Positions 1-9,372 of a DNA stretch of 64,000 bases are shown here, piece by piece. The notes under the pieces are model-generated. The model was not told the DNA's origin, did no database searches, and saw nothing but the letters and a program-made list of their open reading frames with translations. The stretch lies in IMG/VR virus record IMGVR_UViG_3300010391_000120, positions 5,065 to 69,064 of that record; one strand, 5' to 3'. This stretch comes from a virus. Position 1 is the first letter of the stretch; each line of letters begins with the position of its first letter. Made by a program: the position numbers and the translations under genes.

Positions 1-47
1 AAACAGAAATTAAAGACATTAGACAAACAGAAGAATATTTATATCAT

Positions 48-2195
48 ATGAACTATCGTGATTTCTATAAAAGTAATAAGAGCCCTTGGAAGAAGTATCT
101 CCATCTTCTTCCCGAAGGTGTAGACCCTAAAGAATTTGAAATGGGTTTTAAAGATGAATTTGATGACCATCCACAAGCAGGACCAGAAGGGGCTGCTAAA
201 ATTGCTGTTCAGCATCTTAAGAAAAACCCTAAACATTATACCATCTCTAAAAAGGCTGGTCTTGAAGAGAAAGAACTACTTAAGGGAATTAATCTTGAAG
301 ATTGTGCTTGTGACGATGGACTTCCAAAAAGACCAGATGGTGCTCTAGATATAGAACACGATGGAAGACCTATACACTTATCTAAAATTATTCAGGTTGG
401 TGCAGAATTTGGTCAAGGACCTGCTACTGGAGAATTAAGTGGTTATAGTGCCATAGGAGTTAAAGATAGTTCTCAAGGTAAAGATCAATCCAAAGATGGA
501 GAAGGCGTTCATGTTTCTGGAGATAACGATAAAGAACCTATTACCGCTGGTGGTAAAGCAGTTGATTCCTCTATAGCATCAAAGAGTGTTGGAGATAAGG
601 TAGTTGCTGGTGGTGGACAAAAACAGGGTGGTCCTAATACTAAGGGCAGTATCGCTGGTACACCAAAAGCTGGTGGAGAAGAAGAAGGAACTCTTTCTCT
701 TCAAGAAGCAAAATCTAAGCTTCGTGGTATGGTAAAAGAAGCTCTCAAGGAAATCAAGTTTGATAAGAATAGTGGTAAGTGGGTAAGGCTTACAGAAGGT
801 GGTCATAAGGCTGGTTGTAAATGTGGTTTCTGTGCCAATAAAGGTAAGTTTGGTAAGAAGAAAGATAAAGAAGAAGATGAGGGTACAGATAAAAAGGATA
901 AGAAAAAAGATAAAAAGGAAATGGATGAAAATACAGTTAATATGAAGATGGGACCATCTTATAAAACTGTACAACCACGCATGTATCAAACTGCTGAAGA
1001 TGACTGGGCTCGTAGAAATCAATATGACCCAGAGATTACTGAGGTGTATGACCAGGAAGAGGAGAATTTAGCAAAAAGTCGTTATAATGAACTTGTAAAT
1101 GCTCAACGCAATCTTTCTGAGACAGAAATGGTTGAAATGAAGTCGGTTCGTGAGAGATTGGAAAAGATAGATATAGCTAAGAGAAACCAAGGTTTATCTA
1201 AAGGTGGTATAGATCCTAATGTATATGAATCAAGTAAGTATGATAATACATGGGAACCGAGTAAATATGTTGGTGCCAAAGATAAAAGTAGATGTAAATC
1301 TTGTGGTAAAGTGTTGAAATCTTTGGGTGGTATATGTAAATGTAAAGATAGGAAAGATGAAAATACAGTAAATATGAGAATGGGGCCATCTGGTAAGGTG
1401 GTTTCCAAAACTCAAGCTAGAGTTCAACCTGACGATCAAGCCAGAACAGTTCAATATCAACGAGATATGACTGAGTATGGTGCTCCAACAATTGAACCTG
1501 AAGTAGATCCTGATATTGATCCTGGATATCCTCCTGGTGTAGATCCAGATAGAGCTCCTGCTCAACCTGATGAACCACAAGTTCCGGATCCACTGCAACC
1601 AGATAGACCTGGTATTGCACCTAATCCAAGGGGTTATCATAAAGAAAGTACAAAAGAACCATTTGAACCAGGTCCTGGTCCTTCTTATGAAGATAAACAA
1701 GAATATCTTGGTGGTATTCATAAAGATCTTCAAGCTCAAGGTGTAGAAAGAGTCCCAGAAACAGAACTTACACCGGAGGATGAAGAAGAATTGAAAAAAG
1801 ATAGAGAATTTAATCTTCCGTATAAAGGATATCGTGGTGCTTATACAGGTTATCGCAAGCTTTCTAAATTAGCTTCAAAAGAACCTATTGCTAATGAAGC
1901 TGGTGGAGGTGCCGTTCAACATTCAAGTGGTAGAACTGCAAATGATATGCCACAAATCGTAAAGAATCGTCATCGGGGTGATATTGATGAGGCTAAAAAT
2001 GGTGAAATAAGAGAAGGTATTCGTGATATTGGTAGGAAAATTAAAAATGCTGTATTTCCATCTTGGGATGGTAGATGTGTTCATTGTGGAAGATTAATTC
2101 CTAAAGAAAAACAAGATCCAAATTGGAAATACTGCAGTAATAAATGTTTGAGTAATAATAAAGAAAGAGCGGCCAGACACGTAGGATACTATTGA
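48..2195 (+). CDS. Large low-complexity phage protein, probably virion/head-associated (DUF5661-like N-terminal domain)
   Basis: N-terminal EFEMG..DE..H......AAKIAVQHLKKNPKHYT resembles DUF5661; internal repeat DENTVNM(K/R)MGPS...DD(W/Q)AR..QY; Cys knuckles; TATTTATA motif at 36-43 just upstream. Confidence 0.5.
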   Translation: MNYRDFYKSNKSPWKKYLHLLPEGVDPKEFEMGFKDEFDDHPQAGPEGAAKIAVQHLKKNPKHYTISKKAGLEEKELLKGINLEDCACDDGLPKRPDGALDIEHDGRPIHLSKIIQVGAEFGQGPATGELSGYSAIGVKDSSQGKDQSKDGEGVHVSGDNDKEPITAGGKAVDSSIASKSVGDKVVAGGGQKQGGPNTKGSIAGTPKAGGEEEGTLSLQEAKSKLRGMVKEALKEIKFDKNSGKWVRLTEGGHKAGCKCGFCANKGKFGKKKDKEEDEGTDKKDKKKDKKEMDENTVNMKMGPSYKTVQPRMYQTAEDDWARRNQYDPEITEVYDQEEENLAKSRYNELVNAQRNLSETEMVEMKSVRERLEKIDIAKRNQGLSKGGIDPNVYESSKYDNTWEPSKYVGAKDKSRCKSCGKVLKSLGGICKCKDRKDENTVNMRMGPSGKVVSKTQARVQPDDQARTVQYQRDMTEYGAPTIEPEVDPDIDPGYPPGVDPDRAPAQPDEPQVPDPLQPDRPGIAPNPRGYHKESTKEPFEPGPGPSYEDKQEYLGGIHKDLQAQGVERVPETELTPEDEEELKKDREFNLPYKGYRGAYTGYRKLSKLASKEPIANEAGGGAVQHSSGRTANDMPQIVKNRHRGDIDEAKNGEIREGIRDIGRKIKNAVFPSWDGRCVHCGRLIPKEKQDPNWKYCSNKCLSNNKERAARHVGYY

Positions 2196-2218
2196 TATGT
2201 TATGTATAAAGAAATATT

Positions 2219-3328
2219 ATGCCTCTAAAGGAATTCATAGAAAAGTCAAAAAAAGCTCACGGCGACAAATATGATTACTCCAAATCAAATTATGTTAATA
2301 AAAATACAAAGATAGAAATAATTTGTAAAATTCATGGATCTTTTTTTCAAATACCAAGACAACATTATCGTGGTAATAATTGTCCAAAATGTTCCCATAA
2401 ATCATTAGATAAGAATTCTTTCATTTTAAAATCTCAAAAAATTCATGAAAATAAGTTTGATTATTCAGATGTAGTTTATAATAAAATTACAGAAAAAATA
2501 AAGATACAATGTAATAATTGTAATTCATTTTTTTATCAAACTCCAGACAATCATCTACGAGGTCATGGATGTCCTTATTGTAATAAATATGGAATATTAA
2601 CTAAAGAAATATTTATTAAAAAAGCAATAAAAAAATATAAAGATAGATTTAACTATTCTTCAGTTGAATTTGTAAATGGAAAGACAAAAGTAAAAATTAA
2701 ATGTAATGTATGTAATTCTATTTTAAATCATACACCTATAAATCATTTAATGAGAGGCGGATGCAAAACGTGCGCTTATAATCAAAAAAGAGATTCTAAA
2801 GAGAATTTTATTATAAAAGCAAATAAAATTCATAATAACCATTATATTTACAATAAAATAATTTATAAATCTAATTGTCAAAAAATTGAAATAATTTGTC
2901 CAAAACACGGAGAATTTTGGCAAACTCCAAATAGTCATTTACAACAAAAGGCTGGGTGTCCAAAATGTGGAAAAAGAATATCTAAACAAGAGGAAAATTT
3001 TTTAAATTTTCTTAAAATACCCAAAAGACAATTATATATAAATGGATTTTATTTTGATGGTTATGATCCTGAAACAAATACTATTTATGAATATTTAGGG
3101 GATTATTGGCATGGAAATCCCAAATGCTATAAAAAAGAAGATTTAAATGAAATCACTCATAAAACTTTTGGTGAATTATATAATGAAACTGGTAAAAGAT
3201 TAAAAAAATTAAAAGAAAATGGTTATAATATAAAATATGTATGGGAAGAAGATTGGCAAAAATTTATAAAAAATAATCAATGTATAGAAAATCCTATAAA
3301 AGAATTTAATATAGGTGATTTAATATGA
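2219..3328 (+). CDS. Putative homing endonuclease (tandem Zn-ribbon repeats + C-terminal Vsr-like/PD-(D/E)XK domain)
   Basis: Repeats of HGDKYDYS..Y..KIEIIC..HG.F.Q.P..H..G..CPKC; C-terminal DGYD...IYEYLGDYWHGNP...YVWEEDW. Confidence 0.8.
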   Translation: MPLKEFIEKSKKAHGDKYDYSKSNYVNKNTKIEIICKIHGSFFQIPRQHYRGNNCPKCSHKSLDKNSFILKSQKIHENKFDYSDVVYNKITEKIKIQCNNCNSFFYQTPDNHLRGHGCPYCNKYGILTKEIFIKKAIKKYKDRFNYSSVEFVNGKTKVKIKCNVCNSILNHTPINHLMRGGCKTCAYNQKRDSKENFIIKANKIHNNHYIYNKIIYKSNCQKIEIICPKHGEFWQTPNSHLQQKAGCPKCGKRISKQEENFLNFLKIPKRQLYINGFYFDGYDPETNTIYEYLGDYWHGNPKCYKKEDLNEITHKTFGELYNETGKRLKKLKENGYNIKYVWEEDWQKFIKNNQCIENPIKEFNIGDLI

Positions 3329-4461
3329 GTGATTATGATAAAAATGAAGGATTAAGTTTTTCTGATGTTTTTAATGATGATCAAATATCCGCGGAACAAC
3401 GCCCTCCCGAAATGCTCAGACCAATGGAGGAAACCGATGTCCCCATCCAGGCTAAAAACCTTTTTGCGGGACTTTGGGAAAGCGACTTGCTTACCGAGAC
3501 TCATCTTCAGGATCTCTTCCACGCAACAGGTGAGTCCAATCTACTGCAAATACTTAAGGATGATTCCTTAAAACTTGCTTTTGCTGGCGGAACCGAAGCT
3601 GATTTATTCTACAATAAAGGTTATCAATTCTTCTTGTCCACAATGAGACAGAAGTATGGTAATTACGCTAGAGATATTGGTAAAGAAACAGGTTACATCA
3701 AATATAATGTTATAATTCATCTTGATGGTAGTGCTTTGACTGCTGCTGGATTTAAAGTATTTCCTATTGATTATTGGAGTCATGGGCCCGAATATTCTGA
3801 GCAAGAAGAACGAGTGGTTTCTAATAAAGATGAAATAACTCCTCTTAAAAAGTTCATAAAAGATGTTCATGTATATATTTCTACAGATTTAAAACATCAA
3901 CCAACTATAGAACGAATTCATGAAATTAGTAATATAGCTCCATCTAAAGGGATTAAAGTATATTTCTATAAACCACAAGATGTTCAGTATTTTAAAGCGC
4001 AAAGAACCGAAAAAGCCGTAACTGATGTAAATAAAATCCTACCTCCAGCACAATTGTCCCCAGATGATATAGAACACAAGGAATGGATAAAAACTCATTG
4101 TGGTAGGCATGATAGAGATAAATCTACATATCTTCACTCTTTTATGAGAATATATAACCACGATTATTCTCAGGTTGAGAAATTTCCTGATAGTAGTGTT
4201 ATGAAATGGCTTCTATGGTATCCCCATGATGCTATATCTCAATTATTTTGTGATGCTCATAACTACAAACCCAAACACATTTCTGTATTCCGTGATATTG
4301 TGGCGGCAATTAAAAAAGAAGGATTAAAAACATTTAGAGAACTTATAGAGTTGGTAATGAAACGAGAGAAAGAAAGATATAAAAAACAGCAAGAATTGGA
4401 GGATTTAAAAGAAATACGAGAGTATAAAAGACAAGTTGAAGATATTATGAAGACGAAATGA
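3325..4461 (+). CDS. Putative ADP-ribosyltransferase-fold protein with acidic N-terminal leader
   Basis: Motifs LFHAT, FLSTMR and EQEER in ART-like H-S-E order, following a leader ending LLTE. Confidence 0.4.
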   Translation: MSDYDKNEGLSFSDVFNDDQISAEQRPPEMLRPMEETDVPIQAKNLFAGLWESDLLTETHLQDLFHATGESNLLQILKDDSLKLAFAGGTEADLFYNKGYQFFLSTMRQKYGNYARDIGKETGYIKYNVIIHLDGSALTAAGFKVFPIDYWSHGPEYSEQEERVVSNKDEITPLKKFIKDVHVYISTDLKHQPTIERIHEISNIAPSKGIKVYFYKPQDVQYFKAQRTEKAVTDVNKILPPAQLSPDDIEHKEWIKTHCGRHDRDKSTYLHSFMRIYNHDYSQVEKFPDSSVMKWLLWYPHDAISQLFCDAHNYKPKHISVFRDIVAAIKKEGLKTFRELIELVMKREKERYKKQQELEDLKEIREYKRQVEDIMKTK

Positions 4462-4487
4462 TTGCCGTCTAATATTTATATACATAG

Positions 4488-4916
4488 ATGAAACCTGAAA
4501 AGAAAGAGGAATTTAAACTCAATCTAGCCGAGTTATTTAAGCATCTTCAGGAGGAGCTTAAATTAAGATCGGTTCCTAAATTATTTTTAGTGGAAGATCA
4601 AAAAAATGCTGATAAAATATTAGGAAAAACAGGTTATTATGATCCATCTAAAAGAGAAATTCATTTATTTATAACTGATCGTCATCCGAAGGATATACTT
4701 CGTAGCTTTAGCCACGAATGCGTCCATCATTGGGACCATGAAAGAGGAAAATTAGATAATTCTAATAACACTGGTCATGACCCCATGTATGCTCAAAATA
4801 ATAAAGAACTAAGGGAAGCTGAAAAAAGGGCCTACATGCTTGGAAACCTGTGCTTTCGCGATTGGGAAGATTATAAAAAAGAAAAAGATAGAAAATCTGG
4901 TAAAAAAGGTGTATAA
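4488..4916 (+). CDS. Zincin-like metallopeptidase (HExxH)
   Basis: TGYYDP...I.LFITDRHPKDILRSFSHECVHH and downstream EAE; TATTTATA at 4473-4480. Confidence 0.7.
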   Translation: MKPEKKEEFKLNLAELFKHLQEELKLRSVPKLFLVEDQKNADKILGKTGYYDPSKREIHLFITDRHPKDILRSFSHECVHHWDHERGKLDNSNNTGHDPMYAQNNKELREAEKRAYMLGNLCFRDWEDYKKEKDRKSGKKGV

Positions 4917-4922
4917 TATTTT

Positions 4923-6038
4923 ATGATAAGAATATCAAAAGAAAAATTTATACAAAAATGTAATAAAATACATAAAAGTAAATATGATTATTCTTTATCT
5001 GAATATGTAAATAATAAAACAAAATTAAAAATAATATGCCCCATTCACGGAGAATTTTTAATGAGACCCGATTCTCATTTAAAAACTTCAGGATGCAAAA
5101 AGTGTTCTCAATTTAGTAGAAGATATACAAAAAATGAATTTATAATAGAAGCTAATAATATTCATAATAATAAATATGATTATTCATTGGTTGAATATAA
5201 AACCAATAAAATTTCGGTTAAAATAATTTGTATAAAACACGGAGAGTTTTTAATGAGACCTGATTCTCATTTAAATGGTCAGGGATGTAAATGGTGTGGA
5301 GTAGAAAAACGTTCAGTAGAATGTATGAAATCTACCAAATCATTTATAGATGAATGTGTAATCATTCACGGAAAAAAATTTGATTATTCAACTGTAGTTT
5401 ATTTAGGACCGAATGAAAAAATAAAAATAAAATGTAATAAATGTAATTATATATTTGAACAAACTTCTGGTAATCATTTATATAATGAGCAAGGGTGTCC
5501 AAAATGCTTTAACAATCTCAAAATGACAAATGAATTATTCAAAGAAAAGGCAGAAAAAATTCATAAAAATAATCTATATGATTATTCTTTAGTTAATTAT
5601 ATAAACACTTCAACTCCCGTATTTATAAAATGTAATAAATGCAATAACATTTTTAAACAAAAACCAAATGATCATTTAGGTGGACACGGGTGTTCTAAAT
5701 GTTTTCATATTATTAGTAAAAATGAAAGTAAATTTTTAGATTATTTAAATATTGAAAATAGACAAGAATACGTAAAACCATATAGAGTTGATGGTATAAA
5801 GGATAATGTTATTTATGAATTTCTCGGAGATTATTGGCATGGAAATCCTGAAAAATATAATCCAAATGATATTAACAAAAGATCTAAAAAAACATTTGGC
5901 GAATTATATAGTAGAACTGTGGACAAATTTTTCAAACTAAAAAATGGTGGATATTCTATAAAATATATCTGGGAATCGGATTGGAATAATTTTAAAAAAG
6001 GAAATTCCATTTTTCCAAATATAAAGGAGTTCATCTAA
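4923..6038 (+). CDS. Putative homing endonuclease, paralog of 2219..3328
   Basis: Same Zn-ribbon repeats and VDG...IYEFLGDYWHGNP...IWESDW C-terminus. Confidence 0.8.
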   Translation: MIRISKEKFIQKCNKIHKSKYDYSLSEYVNNKTKLKIICPIHGEFLMRPDSHLKTSGCKKCSQFSRRYTKNEFIIEANNIHNNKYDYSLVEYKTNKISVKIICIKHGEFLMRPDSHLNGQGCKWCGVEKRSVECMKSTKSFIDECVIIHGKKFDYSTVVYLGPNEKIKIKCNKCNYIFEQTSGNHLYNEQGCPKCFNNLKMTNELFKEKAEKIHKNNLYDYSLVNYINTSTPVFIKCNKCNNIFKQKPNDHLGGHGCSKCFHIISKNESKFLDYLNIENRQEYVKPYRVDGIKDNVIYEFLGDYWHGNPEKYNPNDINKRSKKTFGELYSRTVDKFFKLKNGGYSIKYIWESDWNNFKKGNSIFPNIKEFI

Positions 6039-6547
6039 TGAACATTCATTATGATCAAAAATCCGGAATAGGTTCAGTTCCTGATAATCAATCTGTAGAT
6101 TATAAAGGATTTAAAGCTTGGATGGCTCCTGATATGTTTCTTCGGTTAGCTAAAAAAATATTTATTGACCCTCAAGATACCACCTATCTTTTTCTTAAAA
6201 ATGCCATTAAACATGGTAAACCAATAGGATCTCCATTTTTAAGTATAGAATGGGATATTTCTAAGAGAGTATGGAATATTTGGGATCACGAAGGAAGACA
6301 TCGTGTTCAAGCTATTAAAGATTTATGGCCCAATGAATCAATTGAAGTTCATATCTTCCCTGGAAGTGGTATTAGAGCCAGAGATATAACTCCTGATATG
6401 CTACAAAGTTTTATGAGTGGTGTATCCGCTCAGGATAAAACATTTGTAAAAAATCCTACTAGTGAAATAGAGTGGAAAGGACAAAAAATTACTCCTCAAT
6501 CACAAACTGGTGCTCCTCCACCTACTTCTCCTCCAATGTTTGAATAG
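6038..6547 (+). CDS. ParB/Srx-like domain protein
   Basis: PIGSPFL...IWDHEGRHR motif (GxHR of the ParB/sulfiredoxin fold). Confidence 0.55.
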   Translation: MNIHYDQKSGIGSVPDNQSVDYKGFKAWMAPDMFLRLAKKIFIDPQDTTYLFLKNAIKHGKPIGSPFLSIEWDISKRVWNIWDHEGRHRVQAIKDLWPNESIEVHIFPGSGIRARDITPDMLQSFMSGVSAQDKTFVKNPTSEIEWKGQKITPQSQTGAPPPTSPPMFE

Positions 6548-7053
6548 AAAATCCACCACTTCAACAAAGGTTATCTCAAGCTCACGATAAACTATACCAA
6601 CAATTCCAAAAGATATTGAATAAAGAAAAACCATGCAAATTTGATAAAAAGGGAGGTTGTGCTGGAAGTCATGCTGGTTTTGTTCAACCTAAAGATGTTT
6701 GTTGTGGTGGTTGTGAACATCATGGAAAAAAAGGATGTACAACTCAGTCTCTAGGTTGTAAGGCTTGGGCTTGTGGTTATATGAGACCAAATCTTAGTCC
6801 AGAAGCTCAAAAACAGTGGGATATTCTTAAAAATAAAACTTATGATAGTGGAATGTCAGGGATTAGAGTTACAAAGGAAGAAGAAATACAAAATGCTCTT
6901 AATAGGATTAAGGGGAGAGTATTTCTTATGAGAAGAAAAAGGTGGATAGAGAATTATTTATCTACTCATCCTAGAGCCACTGAATATAATGCTTGGGATG
7001 CTTGGGATGCTTTTGATAGTGCTTATCCTAATAGAGAACTTCCTCCAACATGA
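6544..7053 (+). CDS. Cys-rich hypothetical protein (frame open from 6544; possibly fused to the upstream ORF)
   Basis: PC...GC...CCGGCEHH...GC.TQSLGCKAWAC; frame extends upstream of 6616 as IENPPLQQRLSQAHDKLYQQFQKIL. Confidence 0.55.
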   Translation: MENPPLQQRLSQAHDKLYQQFQKILNKEKPCKFDKKGGCAGSHAGFVQPKDVCCGGCEHHGKKGCTTQSLGCKAWACGYMRPNLSPEAQKQWDILKNKTYDSGMSGIRVTKEEEIQNALNRIKGRVFLMRRKRWIENYLSTHPRATEYNAWDAWDAFDSAYPNRELPPT

Positions 7054-7349
7054 AAAAAGAATATCCAAGTCCTCATGGAACCCAAAAGGTTTCGTTTCCA
7101 TATAAAGGAAAAAACGTAGCTTATTTACATGGATTGTATGTAAATCCGAAGCATAGAGGTAAAGGTGAAGGAAGAGATATGATGGAAAGAATTGCTGCTG
7201 ATGCTGATGGAGGTAATATAATTCTTTTACTTCATACTAGAGAAGATATGAAACCATTTTTTGAGAAATGGGGGTTTGATGAGGCACGAAAAACCAAATT
7301 TGGAATTTTAATGTTTAGACAACCAAATAGAAAAACAGGACTAGTATGA
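7050..7349 (+). CDS. GNAT-family acetyltransferase
   Basis: LYVNPKHRGKGEG acetyl-CoA motif A and FFEKWGF. Confidence 0.85.
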   Translation: MKKEYPSPHGTQKVSFPYKGKNVAYLHGLYVNPKHRGKGEGRDMMERIAADADGGNIILLLHTREDMKPFFEKWGFDEARKTKFGILMFRQPNRKTGLV

Positions 7350-7807
7350 GTGAAGTTAAAATTATCACAGAAGGACAGGAAGAGTTTGAAGAGTATCCTG
7401 ATATGACTACAAGTGTGGTTCCAGATTTCACTCAAATATTAAAACAACGAATAGTCCCCGCTATCCAGCCTAATCTTCCTGGTTTCGACCCCCACCAGAT
7501 GATGGTTAAAAAACACAAAATTGAAACAGGAGAAATAGCCCCAGATTCAGTTCCAGAAGTTAAATGGCCAGATAAAGATATTAAAGCTTTAGAAGAGTTT
7601 TGTAAGCAGTATGGGATTGTGGGATTTAGTAGTAAACTACATCCATCTGTTGCTTTAGCTTTTTTAAAAGATAAAATGGGATTATTTGATAAACCATTAT
7701 CCGAAAGAATCCCGATTGGTTATGAAAAAACAGGCATAAAGAACATTTATAATTCTAATTATCCTTATAATAAACCTGATGATAGAAGGAAAATTATAAG
7801 TGGGTAA
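7346..7807 (+). CDS. Hypothetical protein
   Basis: 153-aa ORF, ATGA-coupled to the GNAT gene. Confidence 0.6.
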   Translation: MSEVKIITEGQEEFEEYPDMTTSVVPDFTQILKQRIVPAIQPNLPGFDPHQMMVKKHKIETGEIAPDSVPEVKWPDKDIKALEEFCKQYGIVGFSSKLHPSVALAFLKDKMGLFDKPLSERIPIGYEKTGIKNIYNSNYPYNKPDDRRKIISG

Positions 7808-7808
7808 T

Positions 7809-7967
7809 ATGACAAATGGAATATATAAAGTTGTAAACAAGATATCTTGTAGTGTTGATACTCCTACTGTACAGAGTGTAAATTTTCCGTACCATCACCC
7901 CTTCAATATTAATGTTAACTACCCCTATCAATATCCCACAGATAAACGAGTGGTTTTAAATGGATAA
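7809..7967 (+). CDS. 52-aa ORF: GIY-YIG-like start fused to a copy of the upstream gene's C-terminal motif
   Basis: Manual translation MTNGIYKVVNKISCSVDTPTVQSVNFPYHHPFNINVNYPYQYPTDKRVVLNG. Confidence 0.45.
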   Translation: MTNGIYKVVNKISCSVDTPTVQSVNFPYHHPFNINVNYPYQYPTDKRVVLNG

Positions 7968-8008
7968 TATAGAATATTATTTCTATATATTATTAGAAAA
8001 GATTTAAT

Positions 8009-8980
8009 ATGAATAAGTTTATAATGTATTTAATGTCAGCTATCACTCTTCCTACTTTAATGGGATGTTCTAGTCTTTTAAAGAATAATGAAGGAATTTT
8101 TGGAAAATCTAGTAAAAATACTGCTGCTGCTGCTTCAGATATAAGAGACATAAATACTAAATTAGCTGAAACAGATCAAACACGTTTAACTCATATCGGT
8201 GCGTGGTCAAAAGGTGTAGAATACTCACTAGATAAATCCACTAATAGAAATGAACCAGCAATATCAACTGCCAAGACTATTAATACTAGAGTTGAAGAGT
8301 TAGCAAATAAACCTGAGATGGAAGAACTTAAACAAGTTTATAAAATTGTAGATTCATTCCTAACTAATACAGTCGAAGGTCAAAAACTTTTGAATAAAAA
8401 AGATAAGGAGATTATACATCTCGAAGATACCATTACTGAATTAAATCAAGAAAAACAAGATGCGATCAAAATATATACTCAAATTGCTGAAGCAAATGCT
8501 GCTAAAGCAGATCAATATAAAACAACTATACAACAATTAGATGGTAACTGGGGTATAAACGCGATGTGGTACGGCATTAAGAAATTTTTCTCTCGCATAG
8601 CATTAACTTTAGGTATTTTAACAGTTCTCTTTATTATACTGCGTATTTTGGCAACCACCAATCCAATTGCGGCATCAATATTTGCTATTTTTAATCAAAT
8701 TGGAAGTTGGTTAATTAATATGTTAAAAGGCATATTTCCCAAGGCTGCATCTATATCTGGTCTAGTTCCTCATACAGATTTTCAAGGATATAAAACTACC
8801 CTTACTAAGATAGTCGATGCTATCGAAGTTGTCAAGTCTAAAGAGGCAACTTTAAAAACTACTAATCCTACCCAATGCATTAGTATAAGTGATTTATCCA
8901 CTGAAATAGCAAAATCCTTCGATTCTGCTGATACTGCTCGTGTAGATGATACAAAAAAAAGTCTACTCTGGAAACTATAA
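8009..8980 (+). CDS. Lipoprotein with coiled coil and C-terminal transmembrane segment(s); spanin-like candidate
   Basis: Signal peptide with lipobox LMGC, helical periplasmic region, hydrophobic IALTLGILTVLFIILRIL. Confidence 0.5.
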   Translation: MNKFIMYLMSAITLPTLMGCSSLLKNNEGIFGKSSKNTAAAASDIRDINTKLAETDQTRLTHIGAWSKGVEYSLDKSTNRNEPAISTAKTINTRVEELANKPEMEELKQVYKIVDSFLTNTVEGQKLLNKKDKEIIHLEDTITELNQEKQDAIKIYTQIAEANAAKADQYKTTIQQLDGNWGINAMWYGIKKFFSRIALTLGILTVLFIILRILATTNPIAASIFAIFNQIGSWLINMLKGIFPKAASISGLVPHTDFQGYKTTLTKIVDAIEVVKSKEATLKTTNPTQCISISDLSTEIAKSFDSADTARVDDTKKSLLWKL

Positions 8981-9051
8981 AGTAATATAATATCTTGAGT
9001 TTTTAGCAAAAATGAGTGATATTAAGATAAGTATCACTACATATAGATTAT

Positions 9052-9345
9052 ATGAAATATTACATAAATGACACAACAGTAGGTAAGTACGTTTATTTTA
9101 CTAAAATAAATGAATTGGTTTCTTATTATGATAAGTTTATTCCAAGAGCGTATAATATGACTAAACCTCAATTTATACAACATTTAATTGACCTTGGCCA
9201 TGGATATGATGATGGAAAAGGAGTTATGTTGACAAGAGCAATCACTGAAAATTATAACGTCGGCGTTCTTAGAAACGATGGTAAACACGAACGAACAGAC
9301 ATCTTTGAAGCTACCAGCTTTACAGATGAAGGTTACGGAGACTAA
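9052..9345 (+). CDS. Hypothetical protein
   Basis: 97-aa ORF in operon context. Confidence 0.55.
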   Translation: MKYYINDTTVGKYVYFTKINELVSYYDKFIPRAYNMTKPQFIQHLIDLGHGYDDGKGVMLTRAITENYNVGVLRNDGKHERTDIFEATSFTDEGYGD

Positions 9346-9372
9346 TAATATTTTCCGTAAAAATGTTACGAG

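Noticed and set aside
39-1739. Antisense and alternative-frame ORFs from the six-frame track (also e.g. 34490..34903, 45523..45906, 56255..56728, 57932..58454)
   Set aside because: They overlap well-supported genes and have shadow-ORF composition
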